Notes under the pieces: generated by a model | The model's input: the letters and a program-made list of their open reading frames with translations, nothing else | Database searches by the model: none | Told to the model about the DNA's origin: nothing | In this document: piece after piece, positions 13,259-24,723 of the stretch | Numbering within the stretch: position 1 is the stretch's first letter | How the letters are laid out: every line of letters begins with the position of its first letter | Translations under genes and position numbers: made by a program | Origin: Microthyrium microscopicum | Lineage: Eukaryota | Assembly: GCA_010405405.1 (NCBI GenBank) | Contig: MU004234.1 | Span: forward strand, 763,818 to 827,817 | Direction of reading: 5' to 3' | DNA length: 64,000 bases

Positions 13259-14583
13259 GGAGCAGCCAAGTGGCAGTTCCCCTAGAAGAAGATAGATGTA
13301 CGATCGTGTCGAGGGTTGTCATGGTGGGGGCGATCGAGGCGACTGGCAAGAGATAAGAACCTGAGCGTTTCCTGTCACTGTACTACTCGAACCATGTCGG
13401 TGTATAAGTGGAACATGTATCGAAGATAGACATGGTCAAGGACTGGATAGAGGCCTTTGCAGGACTCGAAGTGAGAATGTTTGGCATCGGAGTTGGTCCC
13501 GAGGCACGTTCTGGCAGGTTGGCGATTATCGGATACCGGATCCGGCGGAAGGAGACGACGCGTGGTTGCTTCCGAGGTTGGTTAAGAAATGAAGAGCGCG
13601 CTGAAAGCATTTCATCCATCTTCATGTATTTGTGCGTTCTCAACCGCTCTATTATTTTTCTATCTCCTCATAGTAGCTACTGGTGATGATATCTGAGGAT
13701 GCTAAAGCTTATATCTCATGAGGAAGTGTGTTTCGGCCATTCCCGCGCCATCATCGACATCCTGATGCAGCATTACAGTACTCTACACGGGCATATCAAA
13801 GCAATTGATATCGAACCATTTGAAAATCCTTTCCACAAGCACAGTAATTTGGAGGTCTAGGTGTTAGATGTAAGACATATCCGTCATTGCGCATGAACCG
13901 CAAAAGGGAATTCCACAACCCGCCAATTGACATGTTGGCGTGGTTGGCTGCATCCATCCTTCATGCCATACGGTCAAGACTCAAGGTTTATAGACAACTT
14001 ATACAGAGTGGCCTCGAGGTTGTATTGCATATATCCTGGTATTTGAGGCCGCTTCTCAAGCAATGCTACAATCTTTATGCATACCATGTAATTCAGCAGT
14101 ACCAAGGTCGGAACATCAGATTGAGTGGAACGGTCAGTCCATGAACCTGGTATAGATCGTTGCACTAACAAGGCGCCGTAAGCCGGACATCCAAGATATC
14201 GGGATTTCAGCTGGAAATAGCATGCCATTCAGCCAACCAGATGCCCTGATTTCACCCAAGAAAGGCTGAAATCTTCAAGAACTTTCAGCCGTACATTTTG
14301 TGAACGTTAACTGACATGACTGACTCCAAGAAAAAGCAAAAAAAAGCGGTTGGGATTCTCCCCGCCTTCTCTCCCCATCTCTATTCTTCGAAGGATTCTT
14401 AAATCAAGCTCGCGGTCAACCACACCGCCACTGATTACAATCAATTGCCTCTCCTCCACCTTAGTCTGTCTCTATCGACTGCCCATCACTCGGCCTTCTT
14501 CCCTATAACTCCTCAACTCGCCTCCTATCCCTCCAACTCATGCTATCATCACCATATCTCTAATCTTCCAACCTCTCAGCACC

Positions 14584-17513
14584 ATGTCCGCGCCCAGATA
14601 TCCTATCGTCGAGCGTACAATCCGCGGCGAACATCCAATCCATACATCCGTCCTAACCCAACGCGCCCTCCCACCATCAAGCCGACCCCCCTCTCCAGGT
14701 CGAACTCCCCTCCCCTCACGCCCCGCATCACCAACCATACAGCCCACCGGTCCAACCTCAATCACCCAAATCGCACACTCCTCCAGCAAGCGCCCAAAGC
14801 GCCGCGCCCCAAAAAACCAACATGCGCAAGTAGCAATCGACCAATTCTGGGCCCGCTTCACAGCACCCACCCCCGGCAAACCCTTCACCCTCCTCCCCGA
14901 CAACGCCCACGCAGCCCGCGCACACTCCGCAACCCAACTCCCCTCCTCCAAAACCGCTCTCGCATCCTACTCTGAAGCGCGCGCCGCCTGTGCCGCCAAA
15001 GTGCGGAAAATCGTGCGCGAATGTCGACGCTTGAACATCAAATACCGTGACCCGCATTTCGACATTGAAGATGATTTTCGCAAATGGATGGGTAAGGAGA
15101 GGGCGTATAGCGATTGTTTGATGGGTTTGAATGAGATAAGAGAGGATTTGAGACCTGCGAGCGTGAAGAGGGTTGAAGATATTTTTGAGGAGCCGTGTTT
15201 TTTTATCGACGGGGCTACGGCGAATGATGTGAGGCAGGGGAAGGAGGGGGATTGCTGGTTTATGAGTGCGTTGTGTACTTTGAGTAATAAGGAGGGGTTG
15301 ATTCAGAGGGTTTGTGTGGAGAGGGATGAGCAGGTTGGTGTTTATGGGTTTGTTTTTCATCGCGGTTCGTATGAGAGCGATAGCTTGTGGAGGTTGTGAC
15401 TGATCAATTGTGTACAGATGGCGAGTGGATGAGTGAGGTTATTGATGATAAGCTGTATCTTATTAAGGAGGACTTTGATGATTCGACGCTGGAAAGGAAT
15501 CGTTGGCTTGAGTTGCAGAATCGGACTATGCCGGCTGATGAGTGGAAGTCGGTTATGCAGACTGGTTCGAGGGCGTTGTATTTTGCTCAGTGTGAGAATC
15601 AGAATGAGACTTGGTTTGTACAGCTCTTTCGGGGCCAGGAGGATCAATGCTGACTGTGCAAGGCTCCCTCTTCTCGAAAAAGCATACGCAAAAGCTCATG
15701 GCGACTTTTCAGCACTCGAAAGCGGCTTTGTTGGAGAAGGTATCGAGGATTTGACAGGAGGCGTGACAACCGAGCTATTTTCTACCGACATTCTCGATAA
15801 AGACAAATTCTGGCGCGAGGAACTGATGAATGTTAATAAACAATTCCTATTTGGTTGCGGTCAGATGAACGGAGCATACGGATCACGAAGTGGTATCATT
15901 GAGAAACACGCCTATTCTATCATGGAAGCACGAGAAATCAATGGTCAGCGACTAGTCAAGTTACGCAATCCGTGGGGTAGTGGTGGTGAATGGCAGGGTG
16001 CTTGGTCAGATGGTAGCGCAGAATGGACACCGGAATGGATGACACTGTTGGATCATAAATTCGGTGATGATGGTGTAAGTGATGTCAAGATTGACGCAAG
16101 GAGAAATACTGACAATCGACTTAGGTCTTCTGGATTGCATATAAAGATCTACTACGAAACTATCAACATTTCGATCGAACCCGCCTCTTTGGACCCGAAT
16201 GGACAATAACTCAACAATGGACAAGTGTAGAAGTTCCATGGACGGTAGACTATCTCGACACCAAATTCAAAGTCACCATTCCCAAAGCTGGGCCAGTCGT
16301 AATTGTCCTATCCCAACTCGATGACCGCTACTTCCGTGGCCTCGAAGGCAAATACGATTTCCATTTACAGTTCAGGCTACACAAAGATGATGAGGAAGAA
16401 TATATTGTGAGAAGTAATGCAGCTTACTACATGAAACGCTCCATTAGCACAGAACTCGATCTAGAGCCAGGAATCTACTGGGTCCTTCTAAAAATCACAG
16501 CCAAACGCTACCCCGAAGCCGCCACCGTCGAAGACGTGATTGAAAAGACGTGCCAATTTCGACGTGAAAAGTTACTTCAAGTTGGGCTCAGTTATGACAT
16601 GGCCCATGCAAAAGGCAACTTTCTCGAACTTGAGACTGAAAAGGTTCGGCAAGCGAAGCAAGAGCGCAGGAAGCGGAGGATAGAAATGGCAAAGAAAATG
16701 CACGACGCAAGAACAAAAGAACACAAAAAGCGTAAACTGCGCGCCCTCAAGATGGATTTGAAAAAGAGTGAGAAGATGATGAAGAAGATGGTAGCTGAGG
16801 CGGATCGAAGAGCTCAAGAAGAGACGTATGAAGCTGCTGCAAAACTGGAAGAGTTCAAGATACGTGATACCAATGGTGTGGAGGGCGGACCAGTGCGTCA
16901 GCCACGAAGGGATACGCTGAACGGCAATGGACGCCAGGGCAGATCTGAGAGCCCCATGCGTGTGCCAGTCGCAAGGAGAGATACGCTGACCGTTGAACCA
17001 CCACGCACCACCTCCCTGCCAGTCACAGGCCGCCACGCACCAGATATCAGAGTCCAGAGAGCTAGTATAGCCTCCGGCGGCAAACTAACGCTAAGCGATA
17101 TCAGTGATGATGACCTAGATTGGGATTCCGAGCTCGATGCCCCCTCAGATAGCGAAGATGACCAACCAACTCAACCATTCCGCCAATCCTCCGCGCTCTG
17201 CAACAGCTGCGGTAGAGACGACGGCAACGACAATGGTAATGACAACGACGAAGACGAATTCGAAAAAGATCCCTGGAACGCAGTCTGCGTAGTCGGACTC
17301 CGCGTCTACGCCGAAAACCAAGAAGTCGACATTTCCGTCCATCGAGGCGAAGACTTGCACGAGGAAGATGAGCAGAAACGTCTAGATGTTGATGATGCGT
17401 CCAAGGATGCAGTGGAGGCTATGCGGACGCCGATGAACAGTCCGATTACGCCGCAGGTTAGGAACCGTGGCTTCTCCGGGTTGGATGCGCTGCTACGGAT
17501 GGCGGAGACATAA
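14584..17513 (+). CDS. Calpain-like cysteine protease (peptidase C2)
   Basis: Catalytic motifs QGKEGDCWFMSAL (Cys), HAYSI (His), LRNPWG (Asn), plus LLEKAYAKAHG. Exons 14584-15364, 15418-15613, 15663-16074 and 16125-17513 join in frame. Confidence 0.92.
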
Positions 17514-17677
17514 TGAATTGAAGGTTAATGAAATGTAGGATGTCTATCACGACAAAGCATAATATATACATGTATATACACTAATAAGGAGAGATTGGGG
17601 GTATCTTGACGCTAATATCATTTTGTCTAATGGACCTACCATGCTATTCTATCTTATGCTTTGGAGTACATGGTCTC

Positions 17678-17905
17678 TTACATGACATTGCAAGACCAAT
17701 ATGTATGCATGAATTCATTCTCGTTGACGGGAAGAGCCATCTCGGAGTCTGCAGAGCGCATTACTGTGCAGAGTTGCCAGTTGCTGCCCCAATCAGCGTT
17801 CATGTTGACGGGCAGAGCCTCTTCGGTACGCATAACGGTGCAGAGCTGCCAGTTACTGCCCCAATCAGCATTTGAGTTAACGGGGGATGTGGTGTTTGAG
17901 ATCAT
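17678..17905 (-). CDS. Tandem CAAX-repeat peptide precursor (candidate a-class/h-type prenylated pheromone precursor), 75 aa
   Basis: MISNTTSPVNSNADWGSNWQLCTVMRTEEALPVNMNADWGSNWQLCTVMRSADSEMALPVNENEFMHTYWSCNVM*. ATG in a CACAATG context, terminal CAAX (CNVM) and two internal CTVM. The two 15-codon repeats differ at 6 synonymous and 0 non-synonymous positions. Confidence 0.85.
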   Translation of the reverse strand: MISNTTSPVNSNADWGSNWQLCTVMRTEEALPVNMNADWGSNWQLCTVMRSADSEMALPVNENEFMHTYWSCNVM

Positions 17906-18160
17906 TGTGTGGCTTGGTTGTGGTGTGTTTCTTTGTGGGTAGTTTGTGTTTTTCGGTATGGTTGTGGATGTGTTATGGGTGAACGTGTTTGGAATTGCGA
18001 TTGAAGACTTGATGGGCTTAAATACTAGTAGTACAGTGGTAATAGGTTGGAACATAGCGGATTGTTTGGGATAATGGTTCTTTCGGGGAATGAAAGAGGC
18101 TTGGTGGCTGCTTTGATGAACAGTATAAAAGTTTGTTGGTGATGAGCTTTATGTGAGCTT

Positions 18161-18262
18161 CATATTGTTTCCTTGAGTGCTTAGTATTGTCTCCATGGCA
18201 GAGCGAGGTTTGGTTAGTATTGTCTCCCTAGAAAGACGAGGCTGCTTAGTATTGTTGACCTG
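18161..18262 (-). promoter_or_regulatory. Array of ACAATA(CTAA) motifs upstream of the CAAX precursor (putative HMG-box sites)
   Basis: Plus strand ttagtattgt at 18181, 18214 and 18246 (32-33 bp spacing) plus tattgt at 18163. A TATA-like TATTTAA lies on the minus strand at ~18019-18025. Confidence 0.5.
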
Positions 18263-19080
18263 GTAAGTCAGGTCGCTTTGTGTGTTGTGACATTGAAAGT
18301 AGAATGGAATTGTAAGTGTTTCCAGCCGCGAGAGATCAAAAGCTTTCTACTTGGATACTCGGTTCCTGACCATGTGGATCGCAAGCATAAGTCTTGCTCT
18401 GAATAAAGCTTAACTCCTTTCTTGCATAAAGCTGTTAATCTGGAACCTTAACGGATTTGGCAGGTTCTCGTAGAGGCGTGATTCCAAATCATTTTCTAAC
18501 GTTACCGATGTAACTTTATAAAGCGATATCAAATCTAGTCATGGCCCCTCAGGGGTGGTTATACCTTATGTTCGTTGGTTCTTTGGTTTGTGGAATCCTC
18601 ATACTCTAGCGGACGAATTTACTTGACAGACCTTTTGACTTTACTTGTTGGTGATCTTGTCTTCCACAATGTTTTGGAATGAGATGCTACTTTACTATCT
18701 ATCCGTACTAGGGACAACTGAATTGATGAGCAAGATACTTACGTGGCGGGTGAAAACAGATAAATATCTTGCAGTGTGTGCACAAAGAAAAATTGAATTT
18801 TAATGTTGCCCGAAACGAGTTGTATTTATGGAGCTAGACCTGAAGGTCGGCACAGTGGAGGAATTGGTGCCTGGAAAGATTAGGAATAGGCCTAAAGAGG
18901 CCCTGGCTATGGGCATCTCGGTTCGCTGAAATTGTACTGCGTGTCATGTTGTGATATATAACCGTAAGCGCTAGTTCTCCGTCCTTGCCGACAACCTCTC
19001 ATCGCCCAAAGCTCATCAAGACAAGAAAACACCACATCAAATCTCTGAAAGCAACCATTAACTGTATCGATCTCGTCAGA

Positions 19081-19976
19081 ATGAACGCCTCAACAGCCTA
19101 CACCCCCAAGCAGGCCCTTGCTCTGGATACACCAGAAGGTTACGACAAGTCCGGAGGTGCTATAACCGCAGAGTATGCAAAACACTGCATCTCTCGTTGT
19201 CTGCCGTTCGGAGCTGATTCGATAATTTTGGACAATGCGTGCGGTACAGGAGCGGTATGCTTTTCCTCGTAACTATCAGTTATCATATAGTGTCAAACTA
19301 AGAGTCTCAGATCACAGACGCCATCATAGCCTCCGAACCACCAAGCAGTATCCAACTTAACCTCGCCGACAAATCTCCAGCTTACACTGCCTTCTGCCAA
19401 GCCAAATACGCCAACATCCAATTGTCAATCGGAACATACACAATGCCCTCAGAAGCACTGCGAATTGCCTACGGCTCATTAACCCATTCTTTCAATAACT
19501 TTGGCATCTTCATGACTACCAATAGTGGACGCGACGGTGCCTCGGAAATCTACCGCACTCTCGAGCCGGGTGGCATCGCGGTCACGACCTGTTGGGAAAG
19601 TCTCACTTGGCTTGGACCCGCCAAAGCGGTGCATGAGCGCACTAGACCTGGTGCGCCGTGGCCGAATCCAGTGGTTAGTTGGAGCGACGGAAACCATTTG
19701 GTGGGGATTTTGAAGGAGGCTGGATTTAGCAATGTGGAGTTAAGGACTGAGGAGGTTTGGGCGAAGACGAGAGATTTGAGATCTTGGGCGGAGCAATCTT
19801 GGGCGATTCTTGGTGGACCACCGACAGGTGGGTGGAAGGAGGGAGATGAAGAGAAATGGGATGAAGCTGTGGACATATTTGTAGAGGAATTGAGGAAGGC
19901 GGATGGGTTTAAGGAGATGGATGATGGGGAAATTAGGATGAGGTGCTCGGCACATATTGTGACTGCAGTCAGATAA
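19081..19976 (+). CDS. Class I SAM-dependent methyltransferase
   Basis: Motif I ILDNACGTGA, HSFNNFGIF, EIYRTLEPGG. Exons 19081-19254 and 19311-19976. Confidence 0.88.
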
Positions 19977-20002
19977 TGACTTGCATTTGATGCTGTATAT
20001 AC

Positions 20003-21037
20003 TCAAAGATCGATGAGCTTTGCGACTTCTGTTGATATATCTTCAAAAGCTTTAGATCTTGAGCTGTTCGGCTCCGCAACGACGGTTGGCTTTCCATGGT
20101 CCGAGCTATCATTGATCAAAGGGTGTAATGGAACATCGCCCAGGAAGTTGACATCCCATTCTTTGCAAGTTCGCTTGACTCCATCGTGGCCGAAGATATG
20201 CTCTTCATGTCCACACTTGGAGCATTGAAACAACGACATGTTCTGTACCATACCCAGTATTGGTACCTGCATTTGCTTGAACATGTTTATGCCTTTGACG
20301 CTATCAATCAACGATAGGGACTGGGGTGTCGACACAATCACAGCCCCATTCAAGATGATCTGCTGTGCGATTGTCAATTGCACATCGCCTGTGCCTGGAG
20401 GCAGATCAAGCACGAGAACGTCGAGGCCACCCCATTCAACGTTGTGGAGAAGATCTTGGAGGGCCTTTTGTAGCATTGGACCACGCCAGGCTACATGAGA
20501 GTCTTTGCCAACGAGAAACTCCATTGACATGGCTTTTACGCCATAATTGGTCAGGGGTAGTAGCTTGTTTCCTATGGTTGAATCAGCCACTGAGATCAAT
20601 ACATGATCATACAACTGACCTTCTGTGAGCCTAGGCTCTCCAGAAAGATTCATGAGAGTCGGTATCGAAGGTCCAAAGATATCAGTATCCAAGATACCAG
20701 CCCGTAGTCCACGTTTCGCAAAAGCCAACGCAAGATTTACTACACATCCGGTCAACTTCCATCCCTTTGCAAAGAAACTCTTCATCTACCTGCAATAGTT
20801 GATTTTCCGACACCGCCTTTCGCCGAGGACACGGCAATGACCTTATTTACATCCTTAATAGCTCGCTTTTGTGGTAAACCACGCTGCATACGCGCCAGTC
20901 GTGGTGGTGTTCCACTGCGGGCAATTCCCTATTCTTTTCGTGAGTCTTAGAACCTCTACTTTGCAATGTCAGATCTTTACCTGTGTCGCCTCATTTCGCA
21001 AGCATTTCAGCGTTGAGAACAGACGCCGTGAAATCAT
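20003..21037 (-). CDS. IND1: Mitochondrial Mrp/NBP35-family P-loop Fe-S protein (Ind1/NUBPL)
   Basis: Presequence-like MISRRLFSTL, VSSAKGGVGKST, DTDIFGPSIP, WRGPM, LDLPPGTGD, QNMS..QCSKC. Several short introns. Confidence 0.9.
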
Positions 21038-21509
21038 GGAGATGTGGTTGAGTTTGATAAACTTATCTGGAGAATGGTCAATGCCCATGCTGCGCGGCAA
21101 TTGCCATGTTCCTGGTTTGACGCGATCTGATGACGCGCTTATCGGAAGACGCAACATCACTCATTGAGTCATTCCTCAAATGGCGAATTCTGGGATATCA
21201 GATCTTGGATCGTCAAATATAACATGCTTAAATTAGCTCCGAGCTTGCAAAATCACACAACTCCTAAAGGTACAACTTGACTTCAAGGTCTTTGTTTGAA
21301 TGTAGAAGGGAACTGGTTATGCGCTAGTGCGGAAACGGAATGGTGCGGTTTTGCGTGCCAAGATTTCGACATTTTTTTTCCTGAAGACTTTGGATCTTAG
21401 CTTTCGTCAAAGGATTTTCAACTTTCCACCTCTTCCGCCAGAAATAATGCGATAAACGCCTCAAAATCCAAGACAACTTCGAAAACCCTCTCCTTCTTAC
21501 CGATTGAGC

Positions 21510-22997
21510 ATGGCTCCCTCGAAAAAGAAAACCCTAGCGCAGCAAATCGCAGATTTGAACGACACAACCCCTCGCGACGTGGACCCCGAAGACTTGGATC
21601 TCTACAATAAAAACGCAGACGACTCTTCAGATCCAGGAAGCGAAGAGAATGAGAATGCCGGGCGCGAGCACTACGAAGAGGTGGAGAAAAGCAAGCTCCG
21701 GAAGCCTGTGCAAGCAGCTCTAGGTGCAGCCTATCGTGGATCCAGAGTGTCTCGAGATGCTGTCGATGAATCTGATGAGGACGACCCGTTTGCGCGAGAA
21801 TATTCGGATTCTGACCGCGATGGAGAAAAGATGGACGATGATGATGACGACGAAATCTTACAAGACTTTGACACTGACGATTCCGATGTTGATATGGACG
21901 TGGAAAACAATTCAACTGGATCGCAAGATGAGCAAGGCTCGGAAGAGGATCAATCAAGGCAAAGAAATGGTGACACGACTATGGATATGAGCGAATTGCG
22001 TCGACTTGTTACGGAAGATCAGAAAACCGTTGCCGCAACGCTCACGAATGCTGCCAAAACAGACGTTTCCAAAGGCGAGGCTATCAAGACACAACGGTCG
22101 ACATTTGACTCGTTGTTGAATGTCAGAATAAAGCTACAACGAGCTCTGATATCGACAAATTCATTAGTGGAAGCTCCCGAGGAGAATGTGGATGAAGCAC
22201 AAGATGCATTGAAAGGTGCAGAAATGGCTGCTATGAGGCTCTGGAATACGCTTGATTCCCTCAAAATGTCTTTACTAGAAGAACGAACTGGCAAAAAAAG
22301 AAAACACGTCGAATTGGATGAATCCTCGCTCACCTCAACTTGGACTGGAATGCAAGCTTATGAGAAGGAAATCAAGCGCCAACGCAACTCAAATATGGAC
22401 ATGTGGGCTTCCAAAACTCGCGCTGCTGCAACAGTCTCACAAAGCCGGCGTTTGAATGATAGCGCTCCACAACAATCACTCAGTGATGTGCTAGCAAGCC
22501 AAATGTCCGAAATGTCTCGACTAGTCGCCAAAACCACAATCCCAAGATCGTGTGCCCCCATTCAAGCAGCAGCAAGCAAGTCCAAATCGAAAGCAGGAGT
22601 CGACGACGAAAACTCTGTCCCCATCTACGATGATGCTGATTTTTATGGACCATTGCTTCAAGCGCTAGTCGCACAACGGAGCTCTGATGCAGCTGCACTT
22701 TCTGCCATGAACGTATCGTTTGTTAGTCAACCATGGCAAGCAGCACGAGAGGCGAGAACTCGAAAGATTGTGGATACAAAGGCGAGCAAAGGCAGAAAGC
22801 TCAGATACACGGTACATGAGAAGCTACAGAACATCATGGCACCAGAGAATCGCGCATCATGGAGTGATAGGCAATGCGATGAGCTGTTCGCCAGTCTCCA
22901 AGGACGAAAGGTTGCTTTACAGGATCACGACTCGGACGCCGAGGAGGGTTCTAGAGATGTAGCGGCGGAGGGACTTCGTCTCTTTGCGACCGCTTGA
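21510..22997 (+). CDS. BFR2: Bfr2/AATF (TRAUB) ribosome biogenesis protein
   Basis: Acidic N-terminus, REHYEEVEKSKLR, IYDDADFY, VDTKASKGRKLRYTVHEKLQNIMAP, DELFASL. Confidence 0.93.
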   Translation: MAPSKKKTLAQQIADLNDTTPRDVDPEDLDLYNKNADDSSDPGSEENENAGREHYEEVEKSKLRKPVQAALGAAYRGSRVSRDAVDESDEDDPFAREYSDSDRDGEKMDDDDDDEILQDFDTDDSDVDMDVENNSTGSQDEQGSEEDQSRQRNGDTTMDMSELRRLVTEDQKTVAATLTNAAKTDVSKGEAIKTQRSTFDSLLNVRIKLQRALISTNSLVEAPEENVDEAQDALKGAEMAAMRLWNTLDSLKMSLLEERTGKKRKHVELDESSLTSTWTGMQAYEKEIKRQRNSNMDMWASKTRAAATVSQSRRLNDSAPQQSLSDVLASQMSEMSRLVAKTTIPRSCAPIQAAASKSKSKAGVDDENSVPIYDDADFYGPLLQALVAQRSSDAAALSAMNVSFVSQPWQAAREARTRKIVDTKASKGRKLRYTVHEKLQNIMAPENRASWSDRQCDELFASLQGRKVALQDHDSDAEEGSRDVAAEGLRLFATA

Positions 22998-23313
22998 AGA
23001 AATTAAACGAGTCTGAACTCAATTATGGATTGTCTTTGGAAAAGATATTGATACAATAAATTTAGCAACAACCTCAAATGCAGGTAAATTCGCTCGTCAA
23101 GCTATGATCCTAGCTAGATAAGGAAGCATAGGCTCAGATACTCCAAGCTACATACCTGCATCACTTTCTCTACAGTCTAGATTTCCAATACTAGAGTACC
23201 TAGGTACTTCGGATAGCACCACCGTCAAGTTCGATACTCACCACATCTTATCTCCTACCGAAATCAAATCAACCCCCAAGCTCCGTGTTCGAGGATTGGC
23301 TCTCTACCCCACT

Positions 23314-24381
23314 ATGCCACTACCGACTATCGCCCTCGTCGGCGCAATCTACATCGACACAATCCTCACAGTGCCATACTATCCCTCAGAAGATGACAAA
23401 CTACGTGCAACAACTCAACACATTCGACGCGGAGGCAACGTCGGCAACAGCGCCGAAGTGCTCGCCCAACTACACAAATCACCACCCAGCGTCGTCGCGC
23501 CCATATCAACACAGAACCCAGGAGACTATCCCATGATTCGCGAATCACTTCCTGGCGTAGAGCTATGGGGTATAGACCGTAAAGATACCGAAACACCTCG
23601 CAGCTACATTATCCGCAGCAAGGAGACCGGCTCACGCACGATTGTCAGCTTAAACAACATGGGCGAGTTGCAGCTCGATGAGTTTGTGCGCGTTGCTGAA
23701 GAGAAAGGAGAGGGTGTCATGTGGTGGCACTTTGAAGGAAGAAATAATCCGGAGGGGCTATATGAGATTTTGAGCTGGCTGAGACGCGCAAAGGGACGCG
23801 ATGTGGTCATAAGTTTGGAGTGTGAGAAGCCGGAGCGTAGAGGACTTCATGCGTGCAAAGCGTTGGCGGATGTGTTGTTCTACTCCAAGACATGGGCCGT
23901 GTTTTACATGAAAGAGTGGAGAGCTGCTGGTGCGAAGATTGGGGGATGGAGTGGGAATTGCAAGGCTCAGCAGCTGGGCGCTTTTCTTGATCTTGAGGCT
24001 GCTGAAGTTCGCAAGTTGAAGTCGGAGTGTACGAAGTACTTGTTTGGGACGTTTTCTGAGGGTGGTTCTGCTGTTTACAACCTGAAGGGGAGCGATGAAG
24101 AGGAGCAGAAGCATCATGTACCGGAAGTCTGGACTCCTGATGGTGGAGTTGTTGTTGATACTATTGGGGCTGGTGATGTGTTCATTGCTGCTGTCATTGC
24201 TGGTATGCTCGAACGATCCAAAGATGACTTGACTGTGCCTTGGGAGCAGCTACAAGACGTTCTAAGAAATGCAAACAAGATTGCTGGCGCTAAAGTGTGT
24301 CAGGAGGGATTTGCTGAGCTGTTGAAGAAGTGTGAAGAGGGATACTGGACAACCTGGTATCGCGATGAGGGAGAGTTTTGA
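23314..24381 (+). CDS. PfkB-family carbohydrate kinase (ketohexokinase-like)
   Basis: RRGGNVGNSAEVL, GSRTIV, WWHFEGRN, VDTIGAGDVFIA, ANKIAGAKVCQEG. Confidence 0.9.
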   Translation: MPLPTIALVGAIYIDTILTVPYYPSEDDKLRATTQHIRRGGNVGNSAEVLAQLHKSPPSVVAPISTQNPGDYPMIRESLPGVELWGIDRKDTETPRSYIIRSKETGSRTIVSLNNMGELQLDEFVRVAEEKGEGVMWWHFEGRNNPEGLYEILSWLRRAKGRDVVISLECEKPERRGLHACKALADVLFYSKTWAVFYMKEWRAAGAKIGGWSGNCKAQQLGAFLDLEAAEVRKLKSECTKYLFGTFSEGGSAVYNLKGSDEEEQKHHVPEVWTPDGGVVVDTIGAGDVFIAAVIAGMLERSKDDLTVPWEQLQDVLRNANKIAGAKVCQEGFAELLKKCEEGYWTTWYRDEGEF

Positions 24382-24723
24382 GGTAGAGCATTGTGCGTAA
24401 ACAGCTATAATTGAAAGGCTTTAAAGTTTCCATCCCAATCAGCAGTTCAGCATTAATTGCTACTGAGCTTCTGAACATGGAATATCTGCAAAATCACAAG
24501 ATTGATCACTGAGTCCTGTGATTTCTCAGAATAATATATCATGAAATTTGAGTCTCTTGGTTGTAGTATGAAGTCTCATGACGCTGACATGAAAGTTTTC
24601 TAAGCTTACATGGTCGGCCGTGACTGCTTCAAAACCCAGGAGACGCCAACAACCATTTCAAGCTTACTTTCATGACCTAGCAGCTTCCCACCCTCCAATA
24701 GTGTCCAACCCGGGGAGCTTGAT

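Noticed and set aside
13690..14230. Interrupted plus-strand reading frame upstream of the histidine kinase
   Set aside because: Could be a decayed gene, but no family is recognisable.
17606..17942. Plus-strand ORFs over the CAAX repeat (…RITVQSCQLLPQSAF…; …AELPV.API…)
   Set aside because: Antisense shadows. The minus frame has an ATG in good context, a terminal CAAX and a third related unit, while these ORFs have non-ATG starts and no recognisable motif.
17906..18055. Upstream in-frame ATG extending the precursor to 125 aa
   Set aside because: The extension is C/A-rich 5'UTR-like sequence and spans the TATA-like box, so ATG 17905 is preferred. Not excluded without TSS data.
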